From assembly GCF_004010195.1 (NCBI RefSeq), contig NC_057728.1:26936699-27000698 (forward strand): a DNA stretch of 64,000 nucleotides. The letters run 5' to 3'. Below the pieces are notes generated by a model. It made no database searches. It was not told where the DNA came from and saw only the letters and a list, made by a program, of their open reading frames with translations. This document shows positions 24,441-38,320 of the stretch, one piece after another. The DNA is from Chiloscyllium plagiosum (lineage: Eukaryota). Numbering within the stretch: the first letter of the stretch is position 1; the number at the start of each line of letters is the position of its first letter. Made by a program: the position numbers and the translations under genes.

Positions 24441-26114
24441 GATCAGTGTTCTGTAAATGTTGAAAGGTGTTAGGATATTTTCCAAATGAGGTAGGTGCTT
24501 TAATGCATTTGATATTGAAGGAAACATTGCTTGGGAACTCTGATCTCATAATTTGAAAATATTTAAAAATCCAAAAGTCCTTTAAATTTTGGAAGACAAA
24601 AACTATTTTGTGACTTCACGTTAGAAAAAGCAGACACTGCTTCTGGGCTGCAGTCCTTGACAGGCCACCTGGTGAAACGTAAAGGGGAAAAAACAAGGGG
24701 ATCTCTTTTTCTAGTTATAATAGAATGCATTGTTTTATTTTGAACGGTCTGTTTTCACAGTTGTGGTTATTATGAATGCTTGACTGTGTTTCAAAAGTTT
24801 AGAACAGTGTCGTCCAGCCTTCTCGCATGGGGAGCACATTTCAGTTTTCTCTCCTACAGGCTATTGAGAAAACAATAAATATGATTATAAAAAAATTCAA
24901 GTTTTACAAAAATTGCTCATTTAAATATATGTGCAGTAAATGAAAATGATCATCATATTCCAAAAAATTGCTAACTGGTAGAACCTTTCTTTGCAACCTC
25001 ATTTGAGCAGTAGAGTTACAGCGTGATAAAGATGAGGCTCCAGGTTCTGTTCCCAGGAAAGTGAGGGTATCGGGGCTGATGGTTTTTACAACACTGACAA
25101 CGTGTTCTCTTTTGGTGATGGCCACTCTGAGCTGGCATTGAGGGAATTTACACAAAAGTGGAGTTCAGAAGCAGGTTGCCATTCTGTCTTCATTTTCTTC
25201 ATCTTTCAATCTTTATGGATAGACTTTTGGGGAGGAGGTTTTTGGCTGGCTGGCTGATGCCATTTAGCCCTTTAAAAGTTTAAGTCCCGGGGGGGTAGGA
25301 AAGTGGCTGCAAGGCCACGACCTAAATTTTAGGATTTTCCCTCTACCTTTAAACCCAGCCAAAGAGGTGCATAAAATCCAGCCTATCAGTGATCTCTGTA
25401 ACTGTGGTATTTCAGATCTCTGCTTCAAAATGTAAAATAATCTACCCTGCATTTTACCAGGATGACTAGATCGCTTCAGAATTAACATCAGTATTTGGTT
25501 TTCTGATATTATTACACTTCATCTGTACTACAGGATTTCAGCTCACTCACAACACTCAATGTTTTGATTGCATATTTAATGTGATTTTTTTAAAGTTTAC
25601 CTCAAGCAGTACAAACAGGCAAGTCATTGAGAGCTGAAAACTCCCATATTCAGCCTGTAACCAGTGTTGAGTTATTTTATCTTGACCATGATGAGTGAAA
25701 GAGGAAAACTACTCTTGGTTCTTGTGACTGCTGGCTATCCAGTGACTGCCAATTGAAAGTTTATTTCTAAACATTAGATTGAGTGGGGGCAGTGCTCAGC
25801 TGTATTTCCATTCCTCCTCCATAGACAATCTTTTTCTCCTTGTTTAATCCTGCTTCCTTTTCTTTAATAGTGATTTAAAACAATCCTTCCCGCCTCATGC
25901 TCTGAACCTTCTCACAAAGAGGATTGAAAGATTATGACTTTTACTACTGTTATTTTCATCTTTGCTACTTTTAACAATCTAGGATTTATTCACAAATGAC
26001 AAACCAACTTTCCGTGATATTGATCTTCATCACCACTTTCATGGTCAGTAAAAAGTACATTCTGGGTGAAGTAACTGCAATGATGAGATTCAAAAAGGAC
26101 TTTTCTTTTGACAG

Positions 26115-26537
26115 GCTCTTAAATATTTGCAGCAGAATTGCCGTAAGTTCCACTTTCTGCGAACTAAACTGCTACCAGTCAGCGGTGCCTTCCACACTCG
26201 CCTCATGACATCAGCAACTCAGCCACTCCATGATATCTTGAAGGGAATCAACATTGAGAAACCACTGATATCTATCTATTCCAATGTGGATGCCAAAAAA
26301 TACGTGAACAGTAAACACATTCGGCAACTGTTGGTGAAACAGCTGGTGATGCCTGTAAAATGGGAACAAACTATGCATGCTATGTATGAACGAGAACAAG
26401 GGATTGATTTTCCAGATACATATGAGGTTGGCCCAGGGACCCAGCTTGGGACCATGTTGAAAAACTGCAACCTGAAGGCTTGGAGGTTCTACCGACATGT
26501 TGATGTGAAATTAAAGGATGAGACTGAGGAAGAATGA
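26115..26537 (+). CDS. MCAT: MCAT coding exon 4 (last)
   Basis: Acceptor ttttcttttgacag; ALKYLQQN...LPVSGAFHT (catalytic His)...YSNVD...QLVMPVKWEQTM...EVGPG; TGA at 26535-26537. Joined CDS 474+88+218+423 = 1203 nt = 400 aa plus stop, all in frame. Confidence 0.97.
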   Translation, partial: ALKYLQQNCRKFHFLRTKLLPVSGAFHTRLMTSATQPLHDILKGINIEKPLISIYSNVDAKKYVNSKHIRQLLVKQLVMPVKWEQTMHAMYEREQGIDFPDTYEVGPGTQLGTMLKNCNLKAWRFYRHVDVKLKDETEEE

Positions 26538-27786
26538 AGTATCTTCTGTGCAGAAAGACTGGTAAAAGAATAATTTTACTTGCGGTTAATTTCACTTTTG
26601 GCTGGTATGTTAAAGTTCCATCAAGTTGAAAGCAATTTGTACAATTTGAACTGGTAGAAATTGTTTTTTGCAGTTAAGTCGTGGACTTAATGACTTTATT
26701 GAGACAAAAAATGCACAAAGTGATCTGTGAGTTGTCAACTGTGCTGAAGGTGATGTGAAGAATTTGAATCCACAAGGAGTTATATTATCTGTCAGAAGTG
26801 GAGAAGGAATGTTAGGACATAAAATCTCTTAGATGATCAAAACAAAATAAATACAAAAATGTCTGGCTGAAAACCTAATCAGAGGAACACTGCTTTTAAT
26901 GTACACACTTATATTTCTTTAACTATGTGTTGCACACCATGTTATGTTTAAACTAGACACCAGTTTTTTTTCATGTCGAGGGAATATTTAATATTTATCC
27001 CATTTAAAAATGGGCTGTGAGGAGAAAGCTACTTGGAGAGAATTAACTTTGATTTCTGAACATTTGTTTTTTGCATTATTTCTGTCTAATAGCAAATGGG
27101 TGGTTTCTATGAACAAACTAATGCATTTCCTGTAATCCAAAACCTGAACTATTGTTAGTGGTACATCTGGGATTGTGTAGTAGTTACTCCCTCATTTCAT
27201 TATTGATCACTGGATCTCATGTGGAATGTCAGTCATGTCCCTCTCCATGCTGACTGTATGCAGCTTAAAATTAATAGATTAAATAATATGTTGAAGTAAG
27301 AAAATATTGAGGCTCCATATTACATTACAGTACATAGAACTGTTTAGTTTAAAACAGAAATAGACCATGAAGCCCTACTATTCTATGCTGTTATATCTTC
27401 CTACCCTACAACATTTCACTCTAGCAGCATAACCTTTATTCTTTCTTGCCCATGCGCTTATCTAGATTTGTTTAAAAATTTTTTACATTATTTGCCTTGA
27501 ATACCTGCTGTAGGAGTAAGTTTAACATTCCTACCACTTGTCAAAACAAATTATATTTAATATTAATGAGGCACAGCAGCTTCTGACAAAGCAAAAGGAC
27601 TATCTGAGCAAACCCTGTAGACAAGGATAATTGAACTACCTTTCCAGCCTTTCCCTCTGCTCATGACACATTTTTTGTCTGTCTGCTGTGTAGGGAGAAT
27701 TTTAAAAGGGTACTACAGCTTTAATTAAGAATTCAATGCTGACAGTTCATAATTGTTGGTTTTAAAGCTGGATTCTATTTACCTGT

Positions 27787-27792
27787 AATAAA
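27787..27792 (+). terminator. Candidate MCAT polyadenylation signal AATAAA (alternative at 26846-26851)
   Basis: AATAAA preceded by TGTA, with GT-rich sequence downstream, at the end of AT-rich sequence before a LINE. Confidence 0.4.
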
Positions 27793-27929
27793 CAGTACTT
27801 CATTTTAAAGTACAGAAGTATAGTCTGTGCTTGCCGTCATCCTGGGTGTAAAAGACTGGTAAGGTGGTGAATTCTGTCTACTTTTATAAAATCTTTAATT
27901 TTTGTAATGATTCCAGGAATAGTGGGCCT

Positions 27930-29755
27930 TAATTTCCAGCGTACCACCACAGTGAGGCGTAATAAAAAGGGAAAGAGAGGATTTTAAATATTGGCAGATA
28001 AAATCAAAGAAAACTCAAAGATCAGTGTATTAAAAGGATAAATAAGGAAGGGTACTGCTTATCAGAATATATAACTTGTGCAGAAGATGTGGAAAGGGCT
28101 CTTAATGAGTATTTTGTCTCTGTTTTTACAAAGATTGACAAACATTCCAGTGGATGAGGAGGACAAGGAAGCATAAGCTACAATAAGCATAATGCAAGAA
28201 GAAATACTAGAGGGACTGACTTCTTTGAAGTTGGATAAATCACCAGGGCTGGATGCATTGTGTCCCAGGCTGTTGAAGACGTCTGTGAGGAATTTACGTC
28301 TGCTCTGAGGATAATTTTTCAATCCCCACTCGTTATAGGTCAGGTACAGGGATTTGGAGGCCTCGTTAAAAAGGGTGTGAGGGATGCACCAAATAATTAC
28401 AGACCAGTCAGTCTAACGTCAGTGGTAGGCAAATTATTAGATCGATTCTGACAGACAAGGATGAACTGTCACTTTGTATGGTATGGATTAATAAATTTAC
28501 CAGTGCTGATACCTTCAGGGACCTGTGGGCATGTCCTCATGGCTGTAATATTCAAGTCCTGGCAACACTGGTGTAAATCCCCTTTGTATTCAAAGCAATT
28601 ATTTTCTTCCTGTATACGGTGACAAGAGTTGTTCACAAAGTTCCAGCTGTGGCCTAATCATAGTTTTGTTAATGGATAGTCATGTCTTACTAACTGAGTT
28701 GAATTCCTTGACGAATTAATAGGTACAATTGAGGGTGATACAGTGGATGTTGTCTGCATGGATTTTAATAAGTCATTTGACAAGGCCCTAAATGGCAGAC
28801 TGGTCAGAAACATGAATGCCCAGGTAGGCAGGAGAATGTCGTGAGTTGGCAACAAACATTAAGGGTAATGGAAAACTGTTTTCTGTAGTATTCCCCAGGG
28901 CTCAAAGTTTGCTATTAGTTGTAAATTAATTTTAAAGTCATAAATGTGGGAGGCATGATTGGGAACTTCACAGGTGATACAAAAGTTGGTCTGTTGATAG
29001 TGAAGAAGGTATCTGTTGACTCCAGAATTATGTTAACATTTTGGTTGAGTGAATGGAAAAGTGACAAATTGAATTCAGTCAGGTGAGGTGTTTAATAATG
29101 AATTTGGTGGGCAAAACAAAGCAGGTGAAAGTACAATAAATGGGATGATATTGAGAATGGTAAAGGAAGTGTGAGACCTTGCAGTGCATGCTCACAGGTT
29201 CCTGAAGGTGTCAGCACAAGTAGATAAGCTAGCAAATAAAGTGTGTGGGATACTTTCCTTTTTTTGGATGAGGTATACAATGCAAAACGGGGATGTGATG
29301 CTGGAACTGCATAAAATGATGGTTAGGCCACAGCTGGAACTTTGTATACAGGTCTTGTCACTCATTACAGGAAGGAAGTAATTGCTTTGAATACAGAGGA
29401 GATTTACACCAGTGTTGCCAGGACTTGAAAGTTACAGCTATGAGAACAGATTGCATAGACAAGGATTGTTTTCCCTTGATCAGAGGAGGCTGAGATTTGA
29501 TTTAGTTGGAGTGTACAAAATAAAAATGGGCATGGTCAGGGTGGGCAGGGAAAACTTGCTTCCTCCAGTGGAGAGGTCAGTTACCAAGGGGCACAGATGT
29601 AAGGTGATTGGATGGGACATGAGGAGAATGTACTGCCTGATTTTGATGGTGGAGGCAGAAACCCTGAAATTGTGTGAAAGAAACTTGTACCTGAAGCTCC
29701 ATAAGCTGAAAAATCTGTGAATGATGGACTGAATAACCTGTTCTGGTCCTATCCT
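27930..29755 (+). mobile_element. Degenerate CR1 LINE ORF2 remnant
   Basis: ORF fragments NYRPVSLTSVVGKLL, MVRPQLE.C.Q and MLPGLESYSYE.RL..LFSL. Confidence 0.85.
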
Positions 29756-32347
29756 CTTGTATTTTTTAATAGGTTCATTTTATAAGCAAAATATTTAGTG
29801 TATATGTAAGTGCAGGCACCAATAGTTGCTTTTATTTTGTGTTTCCTTCTATTACAGTGCATGCTTACAAACTCACACTGTTAAAACAACACTAACTAGA
29901 AGCACAAGGAGGAAGATACTGGTGCATCTAAATGAAGACAAACTTCAGCACTGACTGGCACTAAGCCAACTTGGCAGAGTGAATGTAATATCAGTTATAG
30001 TCTGTCAGGCCCAAGCATGATGAACTGAACAGCTTCCTTCCGAGTTCAATCAATGTGCAATTCTCTGAGGATATTCTCTCAGTCAGAGACACCAGATCAA
30101 TTGGGTCCTCCTCATCTGTGGAAAACCCAAATTGACCACTGACCGAAGCCAACATTGAAATACTCCTACCATGCACTCTGAGTACAGAATGGGCATTCTT
30201 TGTTTATGCTGCATCTGATAAGTAGGATCTGATTTGTGAATGCTTGATGCTAATACAACATGACTGCTTTTAGCAGCATGATATACACAAGGGTTATGGA
30301 TGAATCAGAATACTTTCCATGCAGATCTGCTCTCATATAACATCCAGCAGCTCTGCTGGAGGCCTGGGAGGGGCAGACCTAGGAGGACCCCATCTTCATA
30401 AAAATAAATGTTTGCCAAAAAAGAAACAAGATTCATTTCAAAATTCATATTAATAACTTGAAGATGAATTTCAATACCCCATAATGTGGAAACTAAATTA
30501 CCAAAACATGTTGAATTATTTTACATGAAAGTACCCTTTTAGAAGAGGAAAAAGACTAGCAAATTGAAAATATTTTAAAAGATGCATTTGGTCTTGTAAA
30601 CCATTGGACTGGTAATACACAAGACTATTTTTCCCAACAGCTGGTACCCATGTTTACATTTTGCTGTATTGTCTTTACACACTAAATTATTTTCTGATAC
30701 ATTATTCTCATGGGAAAATAGAACGTGGGTTTTAATTACACCACAGTAATCATGAGCAGGTCAAATGAACTGCAATTAAGTGATGACCTTCTTCACTGTC
30801 ACACTAAACACTGTTAAAGGGCTAATGAATACAAAGCATATTGTCTTTAAAATGCACCTGTTTAAAGTATTGATTACCTTAGGACCAGAGCAAGCCACTC
30901 AGCCCATCATGTTGGTGTCAGGTGAAAAACAAACTAACTATCGATTCTAATCCCGCTTTCCAGCACCTGGTGCATAGCCTTGCAGGTTACAGCACTTGCT
31001 ATTCTCAGGAACAGTAGAAAAAGTAAGAATATTAAACCAGAAAACAAACAACAAAAACTAATAAATCCGTACTTGTGACCTTGGTTGCTGAGATTCCGAA
31101 GAACATTTGTACCAAATGGACATCAGTTAACTCTTCAGTTTACAGCTTCAGATTTGATGGCAGGAAGATGACTGAAAGATCCTGATGACATCCGCTATTA
31201 TGTCAAGAAAATGATGATGTAGATGGCAAAGTTTCCATCTGGATAAACTTTATTGGGTATTAGCTGTTGGAAAATAAGTGGCTGCTGCTTGTTTGTTCCT
31301 GTTATGTGGAGTAATTGGAGTAGACATCATAGCCTCAACACTATGGCCAAGCAGCCAAGTGTTCTCTCTGTTTTGGAGCAGGCACTATGTTGTGGAAAAC
31401 TCTTCGTGTCTCTGCTGAAAACTGGGCAAACGAATAGATGTTTGACCTGGGAAACAAGTCAAACAATTGTATGTTTATGCTTCTGGGAGACATAGGTTTC
31501 CTTATAGAAACTGCATTTTACTGTAAAGATGATTTAAAGATATTGAGAGGAAGCTTGAAATCTAATGGTAACTTTCTAGATTCAACCATTATGCACTGTT
31601 TACACCCTATACTATCTCAAGTCACCGTTCATTTTCCAACTTTTAGCGCAGGAAAGCCCTCCTGTTTCTCCCTCCATTCCTCACATGACCTAAAAATCAG
31701 TCTCATGTCTTGTCTACCAGGAGGAGTGCCATGCATATAAACCCTATTTTGGGGGACAAAGAATGATATTGGTAAAAACAGAGGCGTGGGCTGCTTAACT
31801 ATGATTTCACTAAGGGATTGATGCAGTAACTGAATGAGGATGGAAATATTTAAGAAATGAGTATCATTTCCTAAATCCCATATTTGCACAGTAATTTTGG
31901 CTGCACCATTTGTTTTGAGTGGGATCTTTTTAATTTGATTGTAAAATGGTTAGTTTGCAGGTCCCAATGAATGCAGTGTAGCAATATGTCGACCTTGCTT
32001 ATGACTGAGCTTGTGCATTGGATTAGAAGCATGACACATTCTCTAATTCAACTATTGTTTTGTTGAAGAAAGTAAATCTAGTGACCCATCCAGTGTGATC
32101 AATATGCCGTGACAGTACATTAAAATTTCATTTGAAATGCTAGTTTGACTGAATAGGATTACGTTAACAGCTGTTGTAAGTGAATTTGATACGAGGAGAC
32201 TTGCTGACAGTTACAGGAGGGTTTTAATGTTGCACATCATCGTGTCCCAAGGCTCTTGGTTCAAATACATCAGGTATTAAAATTTAAAATTAGGAACCTT
32301 TTTACATTGTGCTCCAAAGTTCATTTCTGCACCAACGTAAAACCGCT

Positions 32348-32620
32348 CACAGTGGCTTAGTGATTAGTACTGCTGCCTCAAAGTACCAAGGACCCGAGTT
32401 CGATTCCACTCTTGGGTGACTATATGTGGAGTTCGCACATTCTCCCCGTGTCTGCCTGGGTTTCTTCCCACTGTCCAAAGATGTGCAGACTAGGTGGATT
32501 GGCCACGGGAAAATCAGGGTTAAAGGGATACGGTAGGCAGGTGGGTCTGGGGTGGATGCTTTTCAGAGGGGTGGTGTGGACTCAAAGGGCCAAATGCTTC
32601 CATACTGTGAGGATTCTCAC
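32348..32620 (+). mobile_element. HE1-type SINE (degenerate)
   Basis: tggcttagtgattagtactgctgcctca, gagttcgattcc, tgtggagttcgcacattctccccgtgtctgc. Confidence 0.8.
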
Positions 32621-33099
32621 AACAAAATCATAAAAGGGCTGTATCTTAATTAAGAAATCTATTAAAAACAGAGCATTTGAGTGAATTCAAATGTGAGAGA
32701 AACCATTGTCAGAATTGAACATAAAAGTAAAACCAAAAGGGTGCAGGGATCAAACATTGTCTGTTTTGGGTTAGGCCAGGATAGCATTGAAGCCCTGGAG
32801 CAAACCCTTAGGGATTAGAGTTGGAAAGTAGGACACTCGAACAGCACTTCATATGATGCTAAGTGGTGAGGGAAATCGAGTCAATGGAATATCACCAGAT
32901 GATTAGCAAAGAGCAGGAAAGGTAGGAAACCCTGTGAAACTACCCAGTATAAGGTAGTAAATACCTTACACCATGTCATAATGTAATGTGAACCTTGGGT
33001 ACTAATTACTGGCAGCTTATTGTATAGTGCAAGCACAAATCTATCTTCGTTTATGAGTCAATTGGGCTGTTCAGTACTCTATGGTGGAGAATGGACTGT

Positions 33100-33776
33100 A
33101 AGTATCAGCAAAAGAATCACCTACCTTTCAGTACAAGACAAGGCTTCCATGCTCACATGTACACATACACTCACACTCGCCCTCTCTCCTTCACACACAC
33201 AGTCTCTCTCCCTCTTTCCCTCACGTGCACGCACACACACATATAACTCTATGGGGTGAATTTGCTTTTGCAGAATTGTATTTACAGATACATTCTATTT
33301 TAAAAGCACACAATCTGTAGGTAGTCAGCCCACATGACATTTTATAAATTCCTACTTTGGAAATAGAACTAGTTTGACTCAAAATTGGAATGCAGATAGA
33401 CTCTATCCTCACACCTTTAAATCATAGTCTGAGCTGAGATGTAGCTTTTTTTTAATAAAACCTCAAGTTATCTCAGGAATGTGACTTGAGAGAAGTTCTG
33501 GGATTTACATATTAATGAATTGAAATCTGCAATCCATTCTAAAAGATGAAAGATTTAACAGCAATCTAGTTCTGTTCAATAAATCGTATCAGTTGCATGA
33601 CACTATGATCTTGTGATATAAATTCTGTGTCTTTTGATCCTGCTCCATTAACTACCTGACGAAGGAGCAGTGCTCCAAAAGCTTGTTACTTCCAAATAAA
33701 CCTATTGTACTATAAGCTGGTGTTGTGTGATTTTTAACTTTGTCCACCCCAGTCCAACACCGGCACCTCCTCATCA
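33100..33776 (+). mobile_element. Penelope-like pLTR remnant with a (CA)/(CT)-rich tract and mutated hammerhead
   Basis: 3' end matches the 19937-20132 family (ctgacgaaggagcagtgctccaaaagc...aataaacct...gtgttgtgtgatttttaactttgt...cagtccaacacc). Confidence 0.7.
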
Positions 33777-34099
33777 TATTATATCCTAGTAACTATATGC
33801 AGACTACACTAACGCTAAGGCATTTGACTATTATCAGTGAAAGGTAAAGAAGACACGTGACTCCATGAGGAGACTGTGACCAACTATTATCTGCCTGAAT
33901 TGACAGATATTCCCATCAGTGTGTGTTAAATACTTGAATGGGTGGACTTTAAGATAGCTTATAGGTTGATCCTTTTGTATCCATTACCTTTATATAACAT
34001 CTCCTTCCAAGCTATTTCTCTCTTAGTTAACTTATGAAACAATTGTATAAGCCACTACATTCCATTTATCATGACTTCTTTTCTTCTCTGACTTCACGT

Positions 34100-34410
34100 G
34101 GATGACACAGGGACCCGGGTCGATTCCGACCTTGGGCAACTATCTGTGTTGAGGTTACACATTCTCCCCGTGTCTGCATGGGTTTCTGCCAGTGCTAGAG
34201 TTTCCTCCAACAGTCCAAAGATGTGCAGGTTAGGATGGATTGGCCATGCTCAATTACCCCATAGTGTTCAGGGATTTGCAGGTCAGGTGGGCTACCCATG
34301 GGAAATATGGGGATAGGGTGGGGTGTGGATCTGGGTGGGATGCTCGTTGGAGGATTGGTGTGGATTCAGGGGCTGAATGGCCTGTGTCTGCGCTATAGGA
34401 CTTCTTTGAT
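34100..34410 (+). mobile_element. HE1-type SINE (5'-degenerate)
   Basis: gggtcgattcc box B, attctccccgtgtctgc, cagtccaaagatgtgcaggttagg. Confidence 0.8.
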
Positions 34411-34439
34411 TCACAAATTTAAACAAACTGGTGTTTGGA

Positions 34440-36120
34440 CAATTCTTCCAGAATATAATTCATTAGATATGGAGCATCCACACTGGTAAACTATTAGTTT
34501 GAGGGTGGTTGATCTTGATATTGATCTTTAGATTATTTCTCCTCTGAAGGATCCTTTATCTCATGGATATCTTTCACGGAGTAATTGGTTGATTACTGAT
34601 GATGTTGGTGGTGGTCCATCACCTTCACTGGATGACCTTTGATTCCACAAACGTCCATCATGGAAGACAGCTGATGAAAGAAGTAGTTTCATCTTTTTTA
34701 CCACGTACTGGCCATATGACTGAACTTTCTCAAGCCAATGGCTGTGTTGAATGTCTTCTGTCAGGCTATGTGTTCTTGCTTGGTGGATTAGATTATTTCT
34801 GCACTCATGCCATCAAAGGTATTGATTGTGTTATGCCACCCCTGTGTGTTGCACATACTGTGCTGTTACAATTGATAAATTAAAATTTCACCAATGATCA
34901 CAGGTTGACTGTATGTTCCGTTTCACTGTTTGGTTATTCCCATATATGCTGATGGTTATCATTTGAAAAATTTTAATAGTAACAGGGATGGAAAAACTTC
35001 CTGTAGTCCATGAATTCTGAACTTCTCCCATGCTGATAGTGTGAAATAGTTCTCAAACTCCAGTAAAATATATTTCCAATTGTTGAAGCTTCTTCTGAGA
35101 TTCAGCCATTAATCTTGGGAAGTCTATAAAGTCTTCTGTTTTGTTGGGTTGTGTTTGCTGAGGTTAGTGGCTAGTATTGAGTGACTTTATGGAGGTTTGT
35201 AAAATCAAGAGCAGCATGGATAAGGTGTAGAGTCAAGGTCTTTTTCCTAAGGTTGGAGTGTCCAAAACTAGAGGGCATAGGTTTAAGGTGAGAGGGTAAA
35301 AATTTAAAAACGACCTGATGGGAACCTTTTCATGCAGAGGGTCGTACGTGTATGAAATTAGCTGCCAGAGGAAGTGGCGGAGTCTGATACAATTACAACA
35401 TTTAGAAGACATCTGGATAGGTAAATGAATAGGAAGGGTTTAGAGGGATATGAGTCAAATGCTAGCAAAAGCAGTAGGCGAGATTGGGATGTCCGATTGG
35501 CGCAGGTGAGTTGATGTTTCTGTGCTATATGACGCAATGAGTCTAAGCTTTAGTCCAACTTTCACAAATTGCAGGATGTTGAGTGCTTCTTTACTCAAGA
35601 GTGAGGTTCATTGGTTCTAGATGCCATCCATATTCTTGAACATCTGGTATTCTTAATGTTGTCATGATACCTCTAACATTTCCTTAATATTAGTTGACAT
35701 TCCATCTGCACCATATATCTCTGGATTGGTCAGCAGTAATTTTGTGCATTTTAAGGAAGATATTTGGTTGTCTAAGGAAGTGATACTTGCTCCTGTGGCA
35801 AGCCTAACTCAAGTGAGATGCCCATGACATAAATAAATTTGGTCATTATCCGTTTCTGATGAATTACTAATTTCTCTGATGAAGGCCTCTGGAACTTTCT
35901 CAGAAGGAGAGCTACCATCAGACAAGGATATTTCTTCCAGTGATGTTCAGTCATATTGCTACTGTTCACAAACAGTTTTTGACGTCGACATATATTTTTG
36001 GAAATGGCCAGTCTTATTACAGAAGTGACATTCTTCAAACATAGCTGGCCATTGTTTTTGCTTGTAAGGTGTTCTTATATCACAACTTTGATGCTGACTC
36101 TTATAATCTGTTATATGCAC
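34440..36120 (-). mobile_element. Very old LINE remnant, possibly RTE clade, interrupted by a HER1 3' end
   Basis: Antisense translation gives faint RT-like fragments in broken frames; recognised by eye only. Confidence 0.3.
35178..35545 (+). mobile_element. HER1/CR1 LINE 3' end
   Basis: Matches 16225-16610. Confidence 0.85.
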
Positions 36121-36722
36121 AGAGAATACTGTACAAACTCAGCAGGTTTGACAGCACCTGTGGAGAGAGATAGAGTTAACGTTTCAAGTGTGGTATTCTA
36201 AGGCATAGCTTTTCTGCTCTCAGGATTTGTCTGTGATTTTCCCTGGATTTGCTTATAACAATTTGGATAGATCTTCACAAATATATATCCTTTTTGAAAT
36301 GTAAAAGCTCTGATACTGATCTGGTACTGATCAAAAGATAGTCACCTCTTCTGCAGAGACTCAATCTGTCTACCACCATAGTTGACTGAAACAGCCACTT
36401 AGAAAAGCTTAGGAAGGAGGTAGCACTCTGCACTGAACACAAGCCACCAGCGGTTTATACCTGATCATCACATCATATTATAAAATAGTGGCAGCAATGG
36501 GATGACTTTATGTAAGTATCAGCAGAAGAGTCACCTATCTCTTATAACAAGGCAAGATTACATGATTATATTAATCCTGAGGTATATCAACTATTACTAA
36601 CGAGAGATGGAAAAGACTCCTGCATCTCCATTAGTAGACTGTGACCAACTACTGTCTGCCCCAACTGCCTGTTACTCCATCCAGTGGCTGTGTTATATTT
36701 CAGAATAGGCAGCTCTCAAATC

Positions 36723-36848
36723 AGGAGAAAGTGAGGACTGCAGATGCTGGAGTTCAGAGTTGAGAGCATGGTGTTGGAAAAGCACAGCAGGTCAGGCAGC
36801 ATCTGAGGAGCAGGAGAATCAACGTTGCAGGCATAAGCCCTTCATCAG
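36723..36848 (-). mobile_element. Penelope terminal fragment (same family as 7251 and 49428)
   Basis: ggagaaagtgaggactgcagatgctggag...gcataagcccttcatcag; degenerate flanking repeat cagctctcaaatc / cagctcctcaattc. Confidence 0.8.
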
Positions 36849-37424
36849 CTCCTCAATTCAGCTCATAGATTAATCCTTGCGTATCCATTATCCATACAAC
36901 ACTATGTCAACAATGCAGAATTCAATAAGTTCTCAGAAGGTAAGACAGTTTGAAAACAAAGAACAAACTAGTCAAAGACACCAGTTGGAGTTAAGAGAAT
37001 GGTCAGCTGATTCTTTGCTAAAAAAGTTTGTAGTTATGTATATGGTAACAGCAGTCCCGAGATTTGAGAAGCCAGTGAAGAATGTGGCAGGCCAGAAAAG
37101 AGTAAGGATTGTGGCCTCAGTGTGATCTCTTGGGATATAATTTTTTTCTTATTTTTCTATCGAGAGATGATATCATGAACAACTAAATAGTTTTTTTCCT
37201 GTCACCAAATCAATCATGGTATTCTTTATATATTAACTACCACCACTAAATCACTCATGTTCCAATTGATTAATTTATATTCAAAGCCCTTTGCAGGCAA
37301 TGTAATAATGCCAAAGATGAGGGAGAGAGGGAGGGGATTAGTGAAGTGTTCACAATTAAGTCTTACCATGTTTTAAATTTAACTTTCATTTTAATCATTT
37401 AGTGCTACTACTCCCAGTGGTCAA

Positions 37425-38320
37425 TCATAGAATCATACAGCACGGAAACAGGCTATTCAGCTCATCGCTGACCAGATATCCTAAATTATTCTAGTCCTGT
37501 TTGCATGCATTTGGCCGTATCCCTCTAAACCCTTCCTATTCAAATACACTGCAAATGCTTTTTAAATGTTATAATTGTACCAGCCTCCACGACTTCCTCA
37601 AACACTACCCTCTGTGTGAAAAGGTTGCTCTTTAGGTCCCTTTTAAATCTTTCCTCTCTCACCTTAAACCTATGCTCTGTAGTTTGGACTTCCCTAACCT
37701 GGGAAAAGGACCTTGTTTATTTATCCTATCCATGCCCTTCATGATTTTATAAACCTCTATAAGGTCACCCCTTAGCATCTGATGCTTCAAGGAAAATAGC
37801 CTCAACATATTCAGCATCTCCTTATAGCTCAAACCCTCTAACCTCAGCAACATCCTTGTAAATCTTTTCTGAACCCTTTCAAGTTTAACAACATTTTTCC
37901 TATAGCTGGGCGACCAGAATTGAACACAGTATCCCAAAAGTGGCCTAACCAATGTCCTGTATAGGTGCAACATGACTCCCCAGCTCCTATGTTCAATGCA
38001 CTGACCATTAAAGACAATTGTGCCAAATGCCTTCTTCATTATCCTAACTACATGTGATTCTATCTTCAAGGAATTATGAACCTGCACCCCCAAGGTCTCT
38101 GTTCAGCAACACTCCCAGGACCTTACCATTAAGAGCATTAGTCCTGCCCTGATTTGCCTTACCAAAATGCAACACCTCACACTTGTCTAAATTAAACTAC
38201 ATCTGCTACTCCTCGGCCCATCTGATCAAGGTCCTGTTGTACTTTGAGATAAACTTCTTCAATGTCTACTACACCATAGATTCTGGTTCATCTGCAAACT
38301 TACTAACCATTCCTCTTGTG
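37425..38320 (-). mobile_element. HER1/CR1 LINE 3' portion
   Basis: ORF 37659-38093: LYRTLVRPLLGYCVQFWSP.Y.K.V.KLERVQKRFTRML...GDLIEVYKIM. Confidence 0.92.
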
